From Planctomycetota bacterium (GTDB lineage Bacteria; Planctomycetota; UBA8742; UBA2392), in assembly GCA_025993795.1 (NCBI GenBank), contig JAMQHL010000047.1:6529-70528 (forward strand): 64,000 bases of DNA, written 5' to 3'. The position numbers and the translations under genes were made by a program. The notes below the pieces were generated by a model that saw only the letters and a program-made list of their open reading frames with translations, did no database searches and was not told the DNA's origin. This document shows, in pieces, positions 9,281 to 18,601 of this stretch; position 1 is the stretch's first letter, and each line of letters opens with the position of its first letter.

Positions 9281-11586
9281 TCGGCGCCTCCCGTGAACGC
9301 TGTGTCATACTCTTCGCGCTCGCGCAGCCGCACATAACTGCGCGCGCCGGCCACAATCACGAGCAGCAAGGGCACGCCTGCAACACAGACCAGAAACCAG
9401 AACACTTTCAGGTTGTTCGACACGGGCCCCGCAATGCGGGGGCTGACGCCCGTGCGGGCCCGCAGGTTCACCAGGTCTTCGCCATAGATGAATACTTCTG
9501 ACAGGTTGCGATACAGCGCAATGCCGCGATTGATCACTACCGGTTGGATCTCCTGTCGCGTCCAGCCGCCGAAGTACTCGGTGTTCAGGATATCGGCGCT
9601 GGTGATGATGATCAGGTTGCCCTCGCGGCCATTGACAGCCGGCGTGGTCTCGTTGGCGGGGTCGGCACCCTGCCAGCCCGGAATCTTGCGCTGTTCATCG
9701 GCCCAGAGGCTCGGGAAGCGTCCCTTGATGTGCACTGCTACCAGCGGGTCGTGATCGAGCAGTTGTGCGCGCACCTGCTTGTCGGGCGCTGCCGACGCGT
9801 TCTGTTCGACTTCGCGTTTGCTGTCCAGATCGAGGTTCACAGGAATGGTCGGAAAAGCCGGGTTGGCCGGGATGAACCTGTATACGCCATCCTTCATGCG
9901 GATGATTTCGGTGCTTTGCAGCTCGCGGCTGGCAAGCCGGGCCTCATTGAGCTTGACCTCAATCGGCAGCGGCATCGGAAGCCCCGCAAGCCCGCGGGTC
10001 AGGACGTTCTCGGCGTTCAGGTCCTGCGGTGCAATCGCCGGCGCAAATTTCAGCTTGCTCGGCACCGGCATGCTGGCCTGTCCGCCGCGCCCATCCGCCA
10101 TCACGTGAAAGGGCGACAGGCGGGCGTTCTTGCGAAGCAGCAAGTCCTGCCCGAAGTCAACCCCGACGTGCGTTGCCCAGTCAGTGAAGTGGGGCTGCAT
10201 GTTCACTTTCTGCAGCGACATGTCGTCCTTGGTCGGCGCCTGGCCGAAGTCAAGCTCGGCGCGCCAGCCCTGCACCATCATCACGACGTTGCCGCCTTCC
10301 GCGAGGTAGCGGTCGATCTCATACAACTCGCGTTCACTGAGCTGGTTGGGTTCCATGACGATCAGGCATGCAAGGTCGCCCGGGATGCGCTTGCTGCCGA
10401 TGATGTCCACCCACATCGTGTCGTAGCCCAGAAACTCCGAGATGTAGTTGTACAGCGGCGTGTGCCCGTTCGCCGGCGGGTTGCCCGGCCGCTCATGCAT
10501 CTTGTACTTGGGCAGCGTCGGCGGCAGGACAAACCCCAGCCGAGAGCGCGGCTTCAGCGTCTCCCAGATCCAGTCCTCAATGCGCTTCTTGACCGCGGGC
10601 TGGTTCTCGTCCTCAAGGAAGTTCACGATCGCGTAGGGCTTGTCGGCAGCGCTGACGCGCATCATCAATGTCGTGTAGTACGCCGACTCGGGAATCTGCA
10701 CAAGCTCGCCGGTTTCTGTGCGGCCCAGGCGCGCCTTCTTGGCGCTGACAAACGGGTATTCGACCTTGCGGCCGCTGCCGAACGCGTCGTCAAGCTTGAT
10801 CGGCGCATCGGGACCAACCATTACCTGCTGGTACCCAACCTGCGGCGGCGCCAGTGCGGCGATTTCCAGCATCGAGTTGTGCACCCACTGGCCCATGCCC
10901 TTGTACTGGTCAGGCAGGTCGCTGCTGTGGATGTACCGAAACTCAATACGCTCGCTGCGCGCCTTGAGCAGGCGGTCCAGCGTGGGCCGTACAACCTTGT
11001 TCTTCATGCGCAGCAGCGCGTACGCGACGTCAAACTCAAGCGTGTCCACCCGATGCTCGGCGCTTTCGTCGTTGCGGTCGTACAGGTTGACAATGCCGTT
11101 GATGACTTCAGGAGGCGAGGTCCCGTACTGAACCTTGATGCTCGAAAAGAAGCCTTGGATACCCTTGGTTTCAGCGGCTTCGTCGTCGCCCGTCGTCATG
11201 ACATCGATCGTGCGGGTGATGCCGTCTTTCTCAAGTTCCTTGGCCTTTTCCGCGGCGTCGCGGTTGGCAATGCGCACCACGCTGAACTGCAGCTTGCCCC
11301 CCGAGCTGGTTGCCAGTTCGCCAAGTTTGTCGCGCACGTCGCGCTCAAGGTTGATGCGCTTGGCTGGCGGCTCCTCATCCACGTAGTAGGTCACGGTCAC
11401 GGACTCGGGCAGTTTGTCGAACAACGCCTTGGTGCCGGGGCTCAGCGAGAAGCGCTGGTCGGCCGTCAGGTCGAGGCGCAGACGGTGCTCCATGCCCAGG
11501 TAGTTGACCACCCCGATGGCAATCGCGGTCATCACCGCCAGCAGCAGGAAGTGCCACGTGTAGTTGCGCTTGCGGTTGACCATCAC
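9277..11586 (-). CDS. GldG-like ABC-transporter auxiliary protein
   Basis: 769 aa with an N-terminal TM (WHFLLLAVMTAIAIGVV) and large periplasmic domains. Its position between the ABC-2 permease and the DUF4340 protein, with 4-nt overlaps on both sides, fits the GldA/GldF/GldG gene arrangement. Confidence 0.55.
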   Translation of the reverse strand: MMVNRKRNYTWHFLLLAVMTAIAIGVVNYLGMEHRLRLDLTADQRFSLSPGTKALFDKLPESVTVTYYVDEEPPAKRINLERDVRDKLGELATSSGGKLQFSVVRIANRDAAEKAKELEKDGITRTIDVMTTGDDEAAETKGIQGFFSSIKVQYGTSPPEVINGIVNLYDRNDESAEHRVDTLEFDVAYALLRMKNKVVRPTLDRLLKARSERIEFRYIHSSDLPDQYKGMGQWVHNSMLEIAALAPPQVGYQQVMVGPDAPIKLDDAFGSGRKVEYPFVSAKKARLGRTETGELVQIPESAYYTTLMMRVSAADKPYAIVNFLEDENQPAVKKRIEDWIWETLKPRSRLGFVLPPTLPKYKMHERPGNPPANGHTPLYNYISEFLGYDTMWVDIIGSKRIPGDLACLIVMEPNQLSERELYEIDRYLAEGGNVVMMVQGWRAELDFGQAPTKDDMSLQKVNMQPHFTDWATHVGVDFGQDLLLRKNARLSPFHVMADGRGGQASMPVPSKLKFAPAIAPQDLNAENVLTRGLAGLPMPLPIEVKLNEARLASRELQSTEIIRMKDGVYRFIPANPAFPTIPVNLDLDSKREVEQNASAAPDKQVRAQLLDHDPLVAVHIKGRFPSLWADEQRKIPGWQGADPANETTPAVNGREGNLIIITSADILNTEYFGGWTRQEIQPVVINRGIALYRNLSEVFIYGEDLVNLRARTGVSPRIAGPVSNNLKVFWFLVCVAGVPLLLVIVAGARSYVRLREREEYDTAFTGGAE

Positions 11587-12560
11587 GAGTACCTCCGTGA
11601 TTCAAGCGACCAGACGTTCAGCAGCACAAAGAAGACCACCAGGCCCCCAAAAAAGACCAACCCGTTCGTGTTCACGACCCCGCGCTGGATTTCACCGAAG
11701 TGGTCCAGCACGGCAATCTGTGCCAGCGCGCTGACCACGATTTCTCCGGCCTGGGTGGTCCCGCGCGTTACCGTCTCGATTGTCCCGGCGATATCTTCAC
11801 TGTTGGTGGCCTTTGTTGCAGTGCCCTCGGCGCCGCTCAGTGCGTAGGCGATCATGTTGCCGACGACCGCCAGTGCGCCGATCGCCACTGCCACGGCTTT
11901 GTCGCGGCCGACTGCGGCGGCAAGAAATCCGATACTCACGAGTGGAATGCTGATCAGCAGCATCAGCGCTGACTCGGGGTTCGTGCGCGCAAGCTCGCCC
12001 AGCAGACCGCGCATCTCGCCCATACCGACAATGCCAAGGCAGATCAGCATGCCCAAAAAGAACGCCAGCGCCTGGTTCTCGGTCAAGCCGCTGACAAACA
12101 AGCCGATGGCGACAAACGCTGACCCAAGCAGGAAGCAGGCCACGTAACCGCCGATCACCGGCGCCCAGTCCGGCTGCCCGAACTGGCTCAGCATCAGCGG
12201 GTAGGCCACTGTGCCGGCCAGCATGGCGGCCAGAAACGTGACGCCTGCGAAGTACTTGCCCAGCGCGACCTTCCATGTCGGGATCGGCAGTGTCATCAGC
12301 ATCTCAAAGGTCGCCTGGCGCCGGTCATCGGCCCACAGGCGCATGCTGACCGCCGGCACAACCACGGCCGCAACCCACGGGAATACGCCAAAAAACGTGC
12401 GCATCGAAAGCTCGCCGCGCGCAAACCAGTCTCCGCCGCCGCCGAGCGGATCGAGCATTACGCTCAGCATCATCATCACAACCACGAACGCACCGATGAT
12501 GCCGATGCCCATCAGCGACTCGAAATAGCCCTTCATCTCCCGCATGTATATCGGCAGCAT
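11583..12560 (-). CDS. ABC-2 family permease (GldF-like)
   Basis: 325 aa with ~6 TM and an N-terminus REMKGYFESLMGIGIIGAFVVVMMMLSV. ATGA overlap with the downstream gene and a 1-nt overlap with the ATPase stop. Confidence 0.65.
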   Translation of the reverse strand: MLPIYMREMKGYFESLMGIGIIGAFVVVMMMLSVMLDPLGGGGDWFARGELSMRTFFGVFPWVAAVVVPAVSMRLWADDRRQATFEMLMTLPIPTWKVALGKYFAGVTFLAAMLAGTVAYPLMLSQFGQPDWAPVIGGYVACFLLGSAFVAIGLFVSGLTENQALAFFLGMLICLGIVGMGEMRGLLGELARTNPESALMLLISIPLVSIGFLAAAVGRDKAVAVAIGALAVVGNMIAYALSGAEGTATKATNSEDIAGTIETVTRGTTQAGEIVVSALAQIAVLDHFGEIQRGVVNTNGLVFFGGLVVFFVLLNVWSLESRRYS

Positions 12561-13777
12561 CAGACATCCCCCCTGTCCGGCGGTCGTGGCGAATACAACG
12601 TCTTGTCGGGGTCGGGCTTTTCGCCCACGTCTGTAGCTGTATCGCTGGATGCATCTTCCGAGTGGTAAAGGTCGGCCTCTGTCGCCCTGTGCGTCACACG
12701 CGTGGCAGCCGCCGTTGCGTTCGGGTCTTCGGGCACATCATCGGCCGCGAATTTTGGCGGCGTCTTGGCTGTTTCTTTCTCGGTTTCTGATCCGGGCTTG
12801 TCTTCAGCCTTCCACGTCGGCTTCTCCGGCGTGCGCGACTTCTGCAGCAGGTTCAGGAAGATGTGCTCCAGCGTCTGCTTCTCGGGCGCCAGTTCCGCCA
12901 GGAGGAAGCCTCGTGATTGCACCTGCACCGCGACGGCTTCGCACGTTTCGCGACTGCCGCGTTGTCCGCCGCCGACCGTCAGCAGAAAGCGTGTATAGCC
13001 GCTGGGGCCCTGCTGCTTTTCGACAGACTTGACGGTTTCAAGCCTCGCGAAAGCCTCAGAAAGCGCATCGTCGCCGCCCTTGACCAGCACGCGCACCGCC
13101 AGCGTGTCAGAAGATTGCGCAGCGAGTTGCTCGACGGTGCCGTCGGCGACTTTTTTCCCGCCGTTGACGATCACGAGGCGACTTGCCACGGCAGTCGCCT
13201 CTTGCAGGATATGTGTGCTGAAGATGATGCACTTGCTCTGGCGCAGGCGTTCAATGAGCTTGCGGATCTCGATAATCTGGCGCGGGTCAAGGCCGCTGGT
13301 AGGTTCGTCCAGGATCAGCACTTCCGGGTCATGAATCAGTGCCTGTGCCAGCCCCGTGCGCTGCTTGAAGCCCTTGGACAGCTCAATCACGCGCGCCTTG
13401 AACTTGGGGCGCAGGCCGCAGTCGGTGACAACCGATTCAAGGCGTCGTTTCAGCTCGGCACCGCGAAGGCCGCGTGCGCGCCCGGCGAACTTGAGGTAAT
13501 CCTCAACCGTCATGTCGCCATACAGCGGCGGGGTCTCGGGCAGATAGCCGATGCGGCGTCGCACCTGTTGTGGAAACGCATGCACGTCATGCCCGCCCAC
13601 GCTGGCCGAGCCCTCGCTGGCCGAGATGTAGGTGGTGAGAATCTTCATGGTGGTGGACTTGCCGGCACCGTTGGGGCCCAGAAAGCCCAGCACCTCGCCC
13701 TTGTCAACGTGAAAGCTCACGCCATCAAGCGCCTTGAAGTGGCCGTAGTACTTCGTGATGCCATTGACCTCAATCAT
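12560..13777 (-). CDS. ABC transporter ATP-binding protein (GldA-like) with acidic/Pro-rich C-terminal tail
   Basis: Walker A GPNGAGKST, signature LSKGFKQRTGLAQAL and Walker B LILDEPTSGLD are all present. The ~130-aa C-terminal extension is low-complexity (PEKPTWKAEDKPGSETEKETAKTPPKFAADDVPEDPNATAAAT...). Confidence 0.85.
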   Translation of the reverse strand: MIEVNGITKYYGHFKALDGVSFHVDKGEVLGFLGPNGAGKSTTMKILTTYISASEGSASVGGHDVHAFPQQVRRRIGYLPETPPLYGDMTVEDYLKFAGRARGLRGAELKRRLESVVTDCGLRPKFKARVIELSKGFKQRTGLAQALIHDPEVLILDEPTSGLDPRQIIEIRKLIERLRQSKCIIFSTHILQEATAVASRLVIVNGGKKVADGTVEQLAAQSSDTLAVRVLVKGGDDALSEAFARLETVKSVEKQQGPSGYTRFLLTVGGGQRGSRETCEAVAVQVQSRGFLLAELAPEKQTLEHIFLNLLQKSRTPEKPTWKAEDKPGSETEKETAKTPPKFAADDVPEDPNATAAATRVTHRATEADLYHSEDASSDTATDVGEKPDPDKTLYSPRPPDRGDV

Positions 13778-13991
13778 GCGGGGCGAATCTTATTGCCGCA
13801 GGCACTTACTGCAACACGGGTGAGCACAAACTTGCCGAAAGATGAGAAATCAGGGCTTACGGGGACATACTTGCGTTCCCTGCTGATACGGGCGAAGCGG
13901 GCACGGCGGACGGTGAATCAGCGATGTCTGGCCCTGGTGACAGCCAAGCACAAGGCCAGAAACCCGCAAGCGTTCCTGTAGCAGCCGGGCC

Positions 13992-14019
13992 TTGACAGTG
14001 TGGAACCAAAGGGTATTTC
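13992..14019 (+). promoter_or_regulatory. promoter candidate for tRNA-Lys (TTGACA-N16-TATTTC)
   Basis: TTGACA at 13992-13997 and TATTTC at 14014-14019, about 32 nt upstream of the mature tRNA 5' end. Confidence 0.3.
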
Positions 14020-14051
14020 TATGCGCCCGCGCGGCAAGCCGCACGGACAAC

Positions 14052-14127
<76 letters not shown>

Positions 14128-14135
14128 AACTAAAA

Positions 14136-14164
14136 GCGGCCCGCAGAGCGAATCTGCGGGCCGC
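14136..14164. terminator. bidirectional intrinsic terminator hairpin (11-bp perfect stem)
   Basis: gcggcccgcag-agcgaat-ctgcgggccgc. On the minus strand it is followed by TTTTAGTTT (14135-14127), so it can terminate the pst-phoU transcript. On the plus strand it follows the tRNA with a weaker T-tract (tcttcaatt). Confidence 0.6.
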
Positions 14165-14225
14165 TCTTCAATTAGTAGATCAAGCGATCCAGGCCCGCGG
14201 GGACAAGTTGGGGGACAAGGTGTGA

Positions 14226-14897
14226 TCAGTTCTGGGCAGCCGATTGCTTGCCGTGCCGGCTGACTTCGCCGGTAGTCAGAAAGATTACGTCCTCCGCGAT
14301 GTTGGTCGCCAGGTCGGCCACGCGCTCCAGGTTCTTGGACGCCGACATCATGTCCACGGCCGCGCTGATGCACCCTGTATCGCGCTGCATGTGTTCCTTC
14401 AGTGTCTTGATCATCGTGCGGTTCATTTCATCGACGATGCTGTCCTCGGCGCAGATTTCACGGGCGAGCTTTTCGTCGCTGTTCACAAGCGCATCCAGGC
14501 TTTCGCGAACCATGCGCCCCACCCGCTTCACCATGGGGTCGAAATCGAGGGCGAAGTTATCCGGCGCCTGCCGCGAGATGTACTTCGCGCGCTTGGCAAT
14601 GTTGACAGCGTGATCCGCCATGCGCTCAAGATCGTTGTTCACCTTCAACACGACAACGATAAACCGCAGGTCATCGGCCACGGGTTGGTTCAAGGCCAGC
14701 ACCTTCAGGCAGTGTTCCTCGATTTCCACTTCGCGCTCGTCGATGCGGCGGTCGCCGCGAATCACTTCGGCCGCCATGGATTCGCTGCGTGCCGTCAGTG
14801 CCTGAATGGCGAGTTGGATCGCCTCTTCCACAAGTACGCTCAGCGCTACCAGCTCTTTCTTCAGGCGGTCGAGGTCACGTTGCAAGTGTCGGGACAT
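14226..14897 (-). CDS. phoU: phosphate transport system regulatory protein PhoU
   Basis: 223-aa all-helical protein with two PhoU repeats (ERMADHAVNIAKRA...; LERVADLATNIAEDVIF) and DxxxD-type motifs. It is the last gene after pstB. Confidence 0.85.
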   Translation of the reverse strand: MSRHLQRDLDRLKKELVALSVLVEEAIQLAIQALTARSESMAAEVIRGDRRIDEREVEIEEHCLKVLALNQPVADDLRFIVVVLKVNNDLERMADHAVNIAKRAKYISRQAPDNFALDFDPMVKRVGRMVRESLDALVNSDEKLAREICAEDSIVDEMNRTMIKTLKEHMQRDTGCISAAVDMMSASKNLERVADLATNIAEDVIFLTTGEVSRHGKQSAAQN

Positions 14898-14905
14898 GCG
14901 GTCTC

Positions 14906-15727
14906 CTATCCGAAGCGGCCGGTTACGTATTCTTCGGTGCGTCGTTCGCGCGGTCGGGTGAAAACTTCTTCTGTTTCCTGGAACTCAACGAGTGTGCCTG
15001 CTTCAAGGAATGCCGTGAGGTCGGACACTCGCGCAGCTTGCTGCATGTTGTGCGTCACGATCACGATCGTGTAGCTGGCCTTGAGCTCGTCGATCAAGTC
15101 CTCGATGCGGGAAGTCGAAATCGGATCCAGGGCGGAGCACGGCTCGTCCATCAGCAGCACGGCCGGTTGCATCGCCAGCGCGCGCGCAATGCAGAGTCGC
15201 TGCTGCTGCCCGCCAGACAGTGCCAGCCCGGTTTCCTTCAGGCGGTCTTTCACTTCGCCCCACAGGCCTGCGCGGCGCAGTGAACTTTCGACAAGCTCGT
15301 CTAGATTCTGGCCCGAGCCTGCGACGCCGTTGAGTTTCGGACCCCAAGCGACGTTCTGGTAGATCGATTTCGGGAAGGGGTTGGGTTTCTGGAACACCAT
15401 GCCGATGTGCCGCCGCACGCCCACGGGGTCCACGCCTGGCGCGTAAAGGTCCTGGTCCTGGTAGAGGACATCCCCCGTGATCTTCAACGACGGGATGAAA
15501 TCATTCATCCGGTTGAATGTGCGCAGCAGCGTGCTCTTGCCGCAGCCTGACGGGCCGATGATCGACGTGACCTGTTTTTCTGGAATCTCCATCGAGACTC
15601 TGCAAATAGCCGCCTTCTCGCCATAGGACACGTTCAGGTTGCGCGTCTCCAGGATTGTCCTGCGGCGCGGGGCCACGGGCGCCTCGAGCTCTACTGGTTG
15701 TTTCACGGGAGTTTCCAGATTGTTCAT
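14906..15727 (-). CDS. pstB: phosphate ABC transporter ATP-binding protein PstB
   Basis: Walker [10 protein letters not shown], signature [15 protein letters not shown], Walker [12 protein letters not shown] and the PstB-typical [16 protein letters not shown]. Start at ATG 15727 (MNNLET) overlaps the pstA stop (ATGA); the ORF track extends upstream to 15856. Confidence 0.85.
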   Translation of the reverse strand: MNNLETPVKQPVELEAPVAPRRRTILETRNLNVSYGEKAAICRVSMEIPEKQVTSIIGPSGCGKSTLLRTFNRMNDFIPSLKITGDVLYQDQDLYAPGVDPVGVRRHIGMVFQKPNPFPKSIYQNVAWGPKLNGVAGSGQNLDELVESSLRRAGLWGEVKDRLKETGLALSGGQQQRLCIARALAMQPAVLLMDEPCSALDPISTSRIEDLIDELKASYTIVIVTHNMQQAARVSDLTAFLEAGTLVEFQETEEVFTRPRERRTEEYVTGRFG

Positions 15728-16593
15728 GAGCGCCCTTTCTGGAATCGATGACGCAGGTAGACCGCTGACGCATTCATCACCACCAGAACCACCAGCAACA
15801 CAAGGATCCCGGCTGCTGCCAGTTCGCGAAATTCCGACTGTGGCCGGCCTGACCACTCGTACACCTGCAGCGGAAGCACCGCGAATTCGCTCATGGGGCT
15901 ATCTGGCGTGAAGCCGATGTACACGGCGGCACCGACGAGGATCAAAGGTGCGGTTTCACCGATCGCGCGCGAAAGTGAAAGGATGACGCCGGTCAAGATT
16001 CCGGGTAGCGCAGCCGGGATGACGTGATACCGGATCATCTGCCAGCGTGTTGAGCCAAGCGCCAATGCCGCGTGGCGCAGAGAATCGGGCACCGCGCGCA
16101 CGGCTTCGCGCGAGGATGTAATGACAACAGGCAGGATCAGCAGGCTCATCGTCAGCGCGCCAGCGAGAACGGAATGGCCAAGCGCGAACCAGCGCACAAA
16201 GACGGCCAGCCCAAGGATGCCGTAAACAACCGACGGCACGCCGGCGAGGTTTGAGATGTTCACCTCGATGAAGGTACTGATGCGCCCTTTGTGGGCGTAC
16301 TCTTCCAGGTACAGCGCGGCCGCGATACCGACGGGGACGCTAATGAGTGCCGTCAGCGCAACCAGCCAGACGGTGCCCCATATCGCCGGCTTCACGCCCG
16401 CCTTCTCGGGGAAACGAGAGGGCAGGCTGGTGATGAACTGCCAGTCGAGCCATGGCAGGCCCGCTTCGGCTACCTGGTAAATCAGTACGCCGAGCATCAA
16501 CACGCCAAACATGGTGATGCCGCGGCATAGCCAGCGGAAGGCACCGGATATGGCCCACCTGCGCCGCAGCCTGGAGTCAGCGAGGATGGTCAC
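15724..16593 (-). CDS. pstA: phosphate ABC transporter permease PstA
   Basis: 6-TM permease with the EAA-like loop ([16 protein letters not shown]), located between pstC and pstB. Confidence 0.8.
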   Translation of the reverse strand: MTILADSRLRRRWAISGAFRWLCRGITMFGVLMLGVLIYQVAEAGLPWLDWQFITSLPSRFPEKAGVKPAIWGTVWLVALTALISVPVGIAAALYLEEYAHKGRISTFIEVNISNLAGVPSVVYGILGLAVFVRWFALGHSVLAGALTMSLLILPVVITSSREAVRAVPDSLRHAALALGSTRWQMIRYHVIPAALPGILTGVILSLSRAIGETAPLILVGAAVYIGFTPDSPMSEFAVLPLQVYEWSGRPQSEFRELAAAGILVLLVVLVVMNASAVYLRHRFQKGRS

Positions 16594-17519
16594 TCGTAGC
16601 TCTCCTTGAATCGGCGCATGATCCGGTTGCTTGCGACGTTCATCGCCAGCGTGATGACGAACAACAGCGCACCCACGGCAAACAGGCTCTGGTACTCAAT
16701 GGTGCCTGCCGGCGTGTCGCCCTTGCTTATGCTGACGATAAATGAGGTCATGGTCTGGATCTGCTCCAGCGGATTCAACGTCAGGTTGGGTGTCGAGCCT
16801 GATGCGAGCGTCACAGCCATCGTCTCGCCAACCGCGCGCGACAGCGCCAGCACGAACGCGGCCAGGATTCCCGACAGGGCCGCCGGAGTCAGCACGCGCG
16901 TCGTAACCTCGAACTGTGTGGCACCCAGGGCGTAGCCTGCGGTGCGCATGGAATCAGGGACTGCGCGCAGGGCGTCGTCGCAAAGAGACGTCACCATTGG
17001 CAGCACCATGATGCCGACGACGATTGCACCGGACGCCGCGTTGTAGACTTCGGTGCTAGGGAAGACGTCCTGCAACAGCGGCGTGATGAACGTCAGGGCG
17101 AAATAGCCGTAGACAACAGTCGGGATACCGGCAAGCACCTCCAGCACAGGCTTCAGCAAGGTGCGCATCCTGCTGGAAGCGAACTCACTGAGGTAGATCG
17201 CGCTGCCCAGGCCCATTGGCAGTGCGATCAAGCCGGCACCGGCAACTACAAGCAGCGTGCCGCACAGAAGCGGCAGCACACCGAACGATCGGGGCTCAAG
17301 CAGCGGTGCCCAGCGCGTCCCGAACAGAAACTCGGTGACGGGCACTTCTCGAAAGAACGTCGAGCTCTCGAACGCGAGCACGCCGATGATCGCGGCGGTC
17401 GTCAACACCGAGACAAGCGCGCACATGAGCAGCCCGCTGCGAATTGCGCTCTCACGCCATTCACGTCCGCGCTGCCGCTGTAAACCACACTTCAGCTTGT
17501 TGCTGGCGCTCGAAGTCAT
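16590..17519 (-). CDS. pstC: phosphate ABC transporter permease PstC
   Basis: 6-TM permease with the loop LSRAVGETMAVTLASG, immediately downstream of pstS. Confidence 0.8.
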   Translation of the reverse strand: MTSSASNKLKCGLQRQRGREWRESAIRSGLLMCALVSVLTTAAIIGVLAFESSTFFREVPVTEFLFGTRWAPLLEPRSFGVLPLLCGTLLVVAGAGLIALPMGLGSAIYLSEFASSRMRTLLKPVLEVLAGIPTVVYGYFALTFITPLLQDVFPSTEVYNAASGAIVVGIMVLPMVTSLCDDALRAVPDSMRTAGYALGATQFEVTTRVLTPAALSGILAAFVLALSRAVGETMAVTLASGSTPNLTLNPLEQIQTMTSFIVSISKGDTPAGTIEYQSLFAVGALLFVITLAMNVASNRIMRRFKESYE

Positions 17520-18515
17520 TTACGGCGCCATCAGTTCTGCGAGGGTTCGCGACTTGTCACTCTCGGATTTGTAGACGGTGCCGGTCCTGCGACTCCCAAA
17601 CCGCGCGATCGCAAACTCGTACACCTTCTCCGGCAGCGGGACGTATCCGACATCCTTGACCAGCGCCGCGGCCGACTTCAGGTAGAAGTTTACGAATGCA
17701 TCGACTTCGGGGCGCTTGGCAGCCTCGGCCGACACATAGATGAAGATGGGCCGCGACAGTGGACTGTATGTGCCATCGTTGATGGTTTTGTTCGACGGCT
17801 CGATGGGGCCTTTGCTGCCGTCAATGGCAACGATCTTCAACTTGTCGCGGTTGTGGTCGAAGTACGCGAACCCGAAGAAGCCCAGCGCATACTGGTCGCC
17901 GGCGATTCCGGTCACCAGCACGTTGTCGTCTTCGCTGGCGCTGAAGTCCGATCGGCAGGCACCGGACTTGCCGTTCACAGTCTCGGTGAAGTAGTCAAAG
18001 GTGCCGGAATCTACACCCGGCGCGTACAGCTTCATTTCGCGATCGGGCCACTGGGCGCGCACGTCTTTCCAGCTGCGCACCTTGCTGCCTGGCTCCCAGA
18101 TTCGGCGCAGCTCCGCGACGGACAGGTGATCAACGAAGTCGTTCTTGGGGTTTACAACCACCGAGATTCCGTCGAAGGCCACCGGCAGCTCGATGAATTC
18201 GACTTTGTGCTCGGCCGCTTTCTCAATTTCGCTGGGCTTGATCGGGCGCGATGCGTCGTTGATGTCGGTCTCGGCAACGCAGAACTTCTTGAACCCGCCA
18301 CCGGTGCCGGAGACTCCGACGCTGACTTTCACCCTTGGTGACACTGTCCTGAATTCTTCGGCGACCGCTTCGGTGATTGGGTACACCGTGCTGGATCCGT
18401 CAATCCGTACGTTGCCTTCCAGTTTGGCCTTCTCTGAGTCGCCTTCGTTGCCGCCGCCGCCGCAAGCGGCCAGCAGCAGCGCAGCCATCAGGCTGCACAT
18501 CACTACACGAATCAT
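17520..18515 (-). CDS. pstS: phosphate-binding lipoprotein PstS
   Basis: Lipoprotein signal MIRVVMCSLMAALLLAACGGG (lipobox LLAAC) followed by a PBP-like domain (SGTGGGFKK...). Start chosen at ATG 18515 because it has the SD GGGAGAAG 5 nt upstream and leaves the PHO-box-like repeats upstream; the ORF track starts at 18560, inside the repeats. Confidence 0.8.
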   Translation of the reverse strand: MIRVVMCSLMAALLLAACGGGGNEGDSEKAKLEGNVRIDGSSTVYPITEAVAEEFRTVSPRVKVSVGVSGTGGGFKKFCVAETDINDASRPIKPSEIEKAAEHKVEFIELPVAFDGISVVVNPKNDFVDHLSVAELRRIWEPGSKVRSWKDVRAQWPDREMKLYAPGVDSGTFDYFTETVNGKSGACRSDFSASEDDNVLVTGIAGDQYALGFFGFAYFDHNRDKLKIVAIDGSKGPIEPSNKTINDGTYSPLSRPIFIYVSAEAAKRPEVDAFVNFYLKSAAALVKDVGYVPLPEKVYEFAIARFGSRRTGTVYKSESDKSRTLAELMAP

Positions 18516-18554
18516 TCGCTTCTCCCGTTGGTTTTCATGCGGGAGGTCTACCGA

Positions 18555-18587
18555 AGTCATGTGAAGGCTTCGTGAAGGCTTCGTGAG
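18555..18587 (-). promoter_or_regulatory. PHO-box-like array: three 11-bp direct repeats (CTCACGAAGCC / TTCACGAAGCC / TTCACATGACT) upstream of pstS
   Basis: Read on the minus strand the region is ctcacgaagcc ttcacgaagcc ttcacatgact, i.e. three phased units with an 11-bp period and a TTCAC core, 40 nt upstream of the pstS ATG. This follows the PhoB/PhoP-type direct-repeat logic (7-nt core + 4-nt spacer), and the cognate phoB-phoR pair is immediately upstream. Confidence 0.5.
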
Positions 18588-18601
18588 GAATGTGGAATTC
18601 G

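Noticed and set aside
9544-11847. 767-aa ORF on the plus strand antisense to the GldG-like gene
   Set aside because: Arg/Ala/Val/Leu-dominated low-complexity translation typical of a high-GC antisense frame, with no motifs. The opposite strand encodes a coherent TM + domain protein embedded in a coupled operon.
12917-13981. 354-aa plus-strand ORF antisense to the ABC ATPase; also 14244-15074 (+) over phoU/pstB, 19227-19943 (+) over phoR, 23435-24577 (−) over the antiporter, 24644-25504 (−) over rimK, 2947-3840 (−) over the GDSL gene, 27279-28211 (+) over the CARDB giant, 31945-32754/33577-34137/34450-35238/36103-36747 (−) over the HEAT and propeller genes
   Set aside because: Each overlaps on the opposite strand a gene with strong, named motifs. 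None shows a domain signature. Taken as shadow ORFs of high-GC DNA.
18516-18560. Longer pstS model starting at ATG 18560
   Set aside because: That ATG lies inside the third 11-bp repeat. The downstream ATG 18515 has a strong SD and begins a canonical lipoprotein signal peptide.
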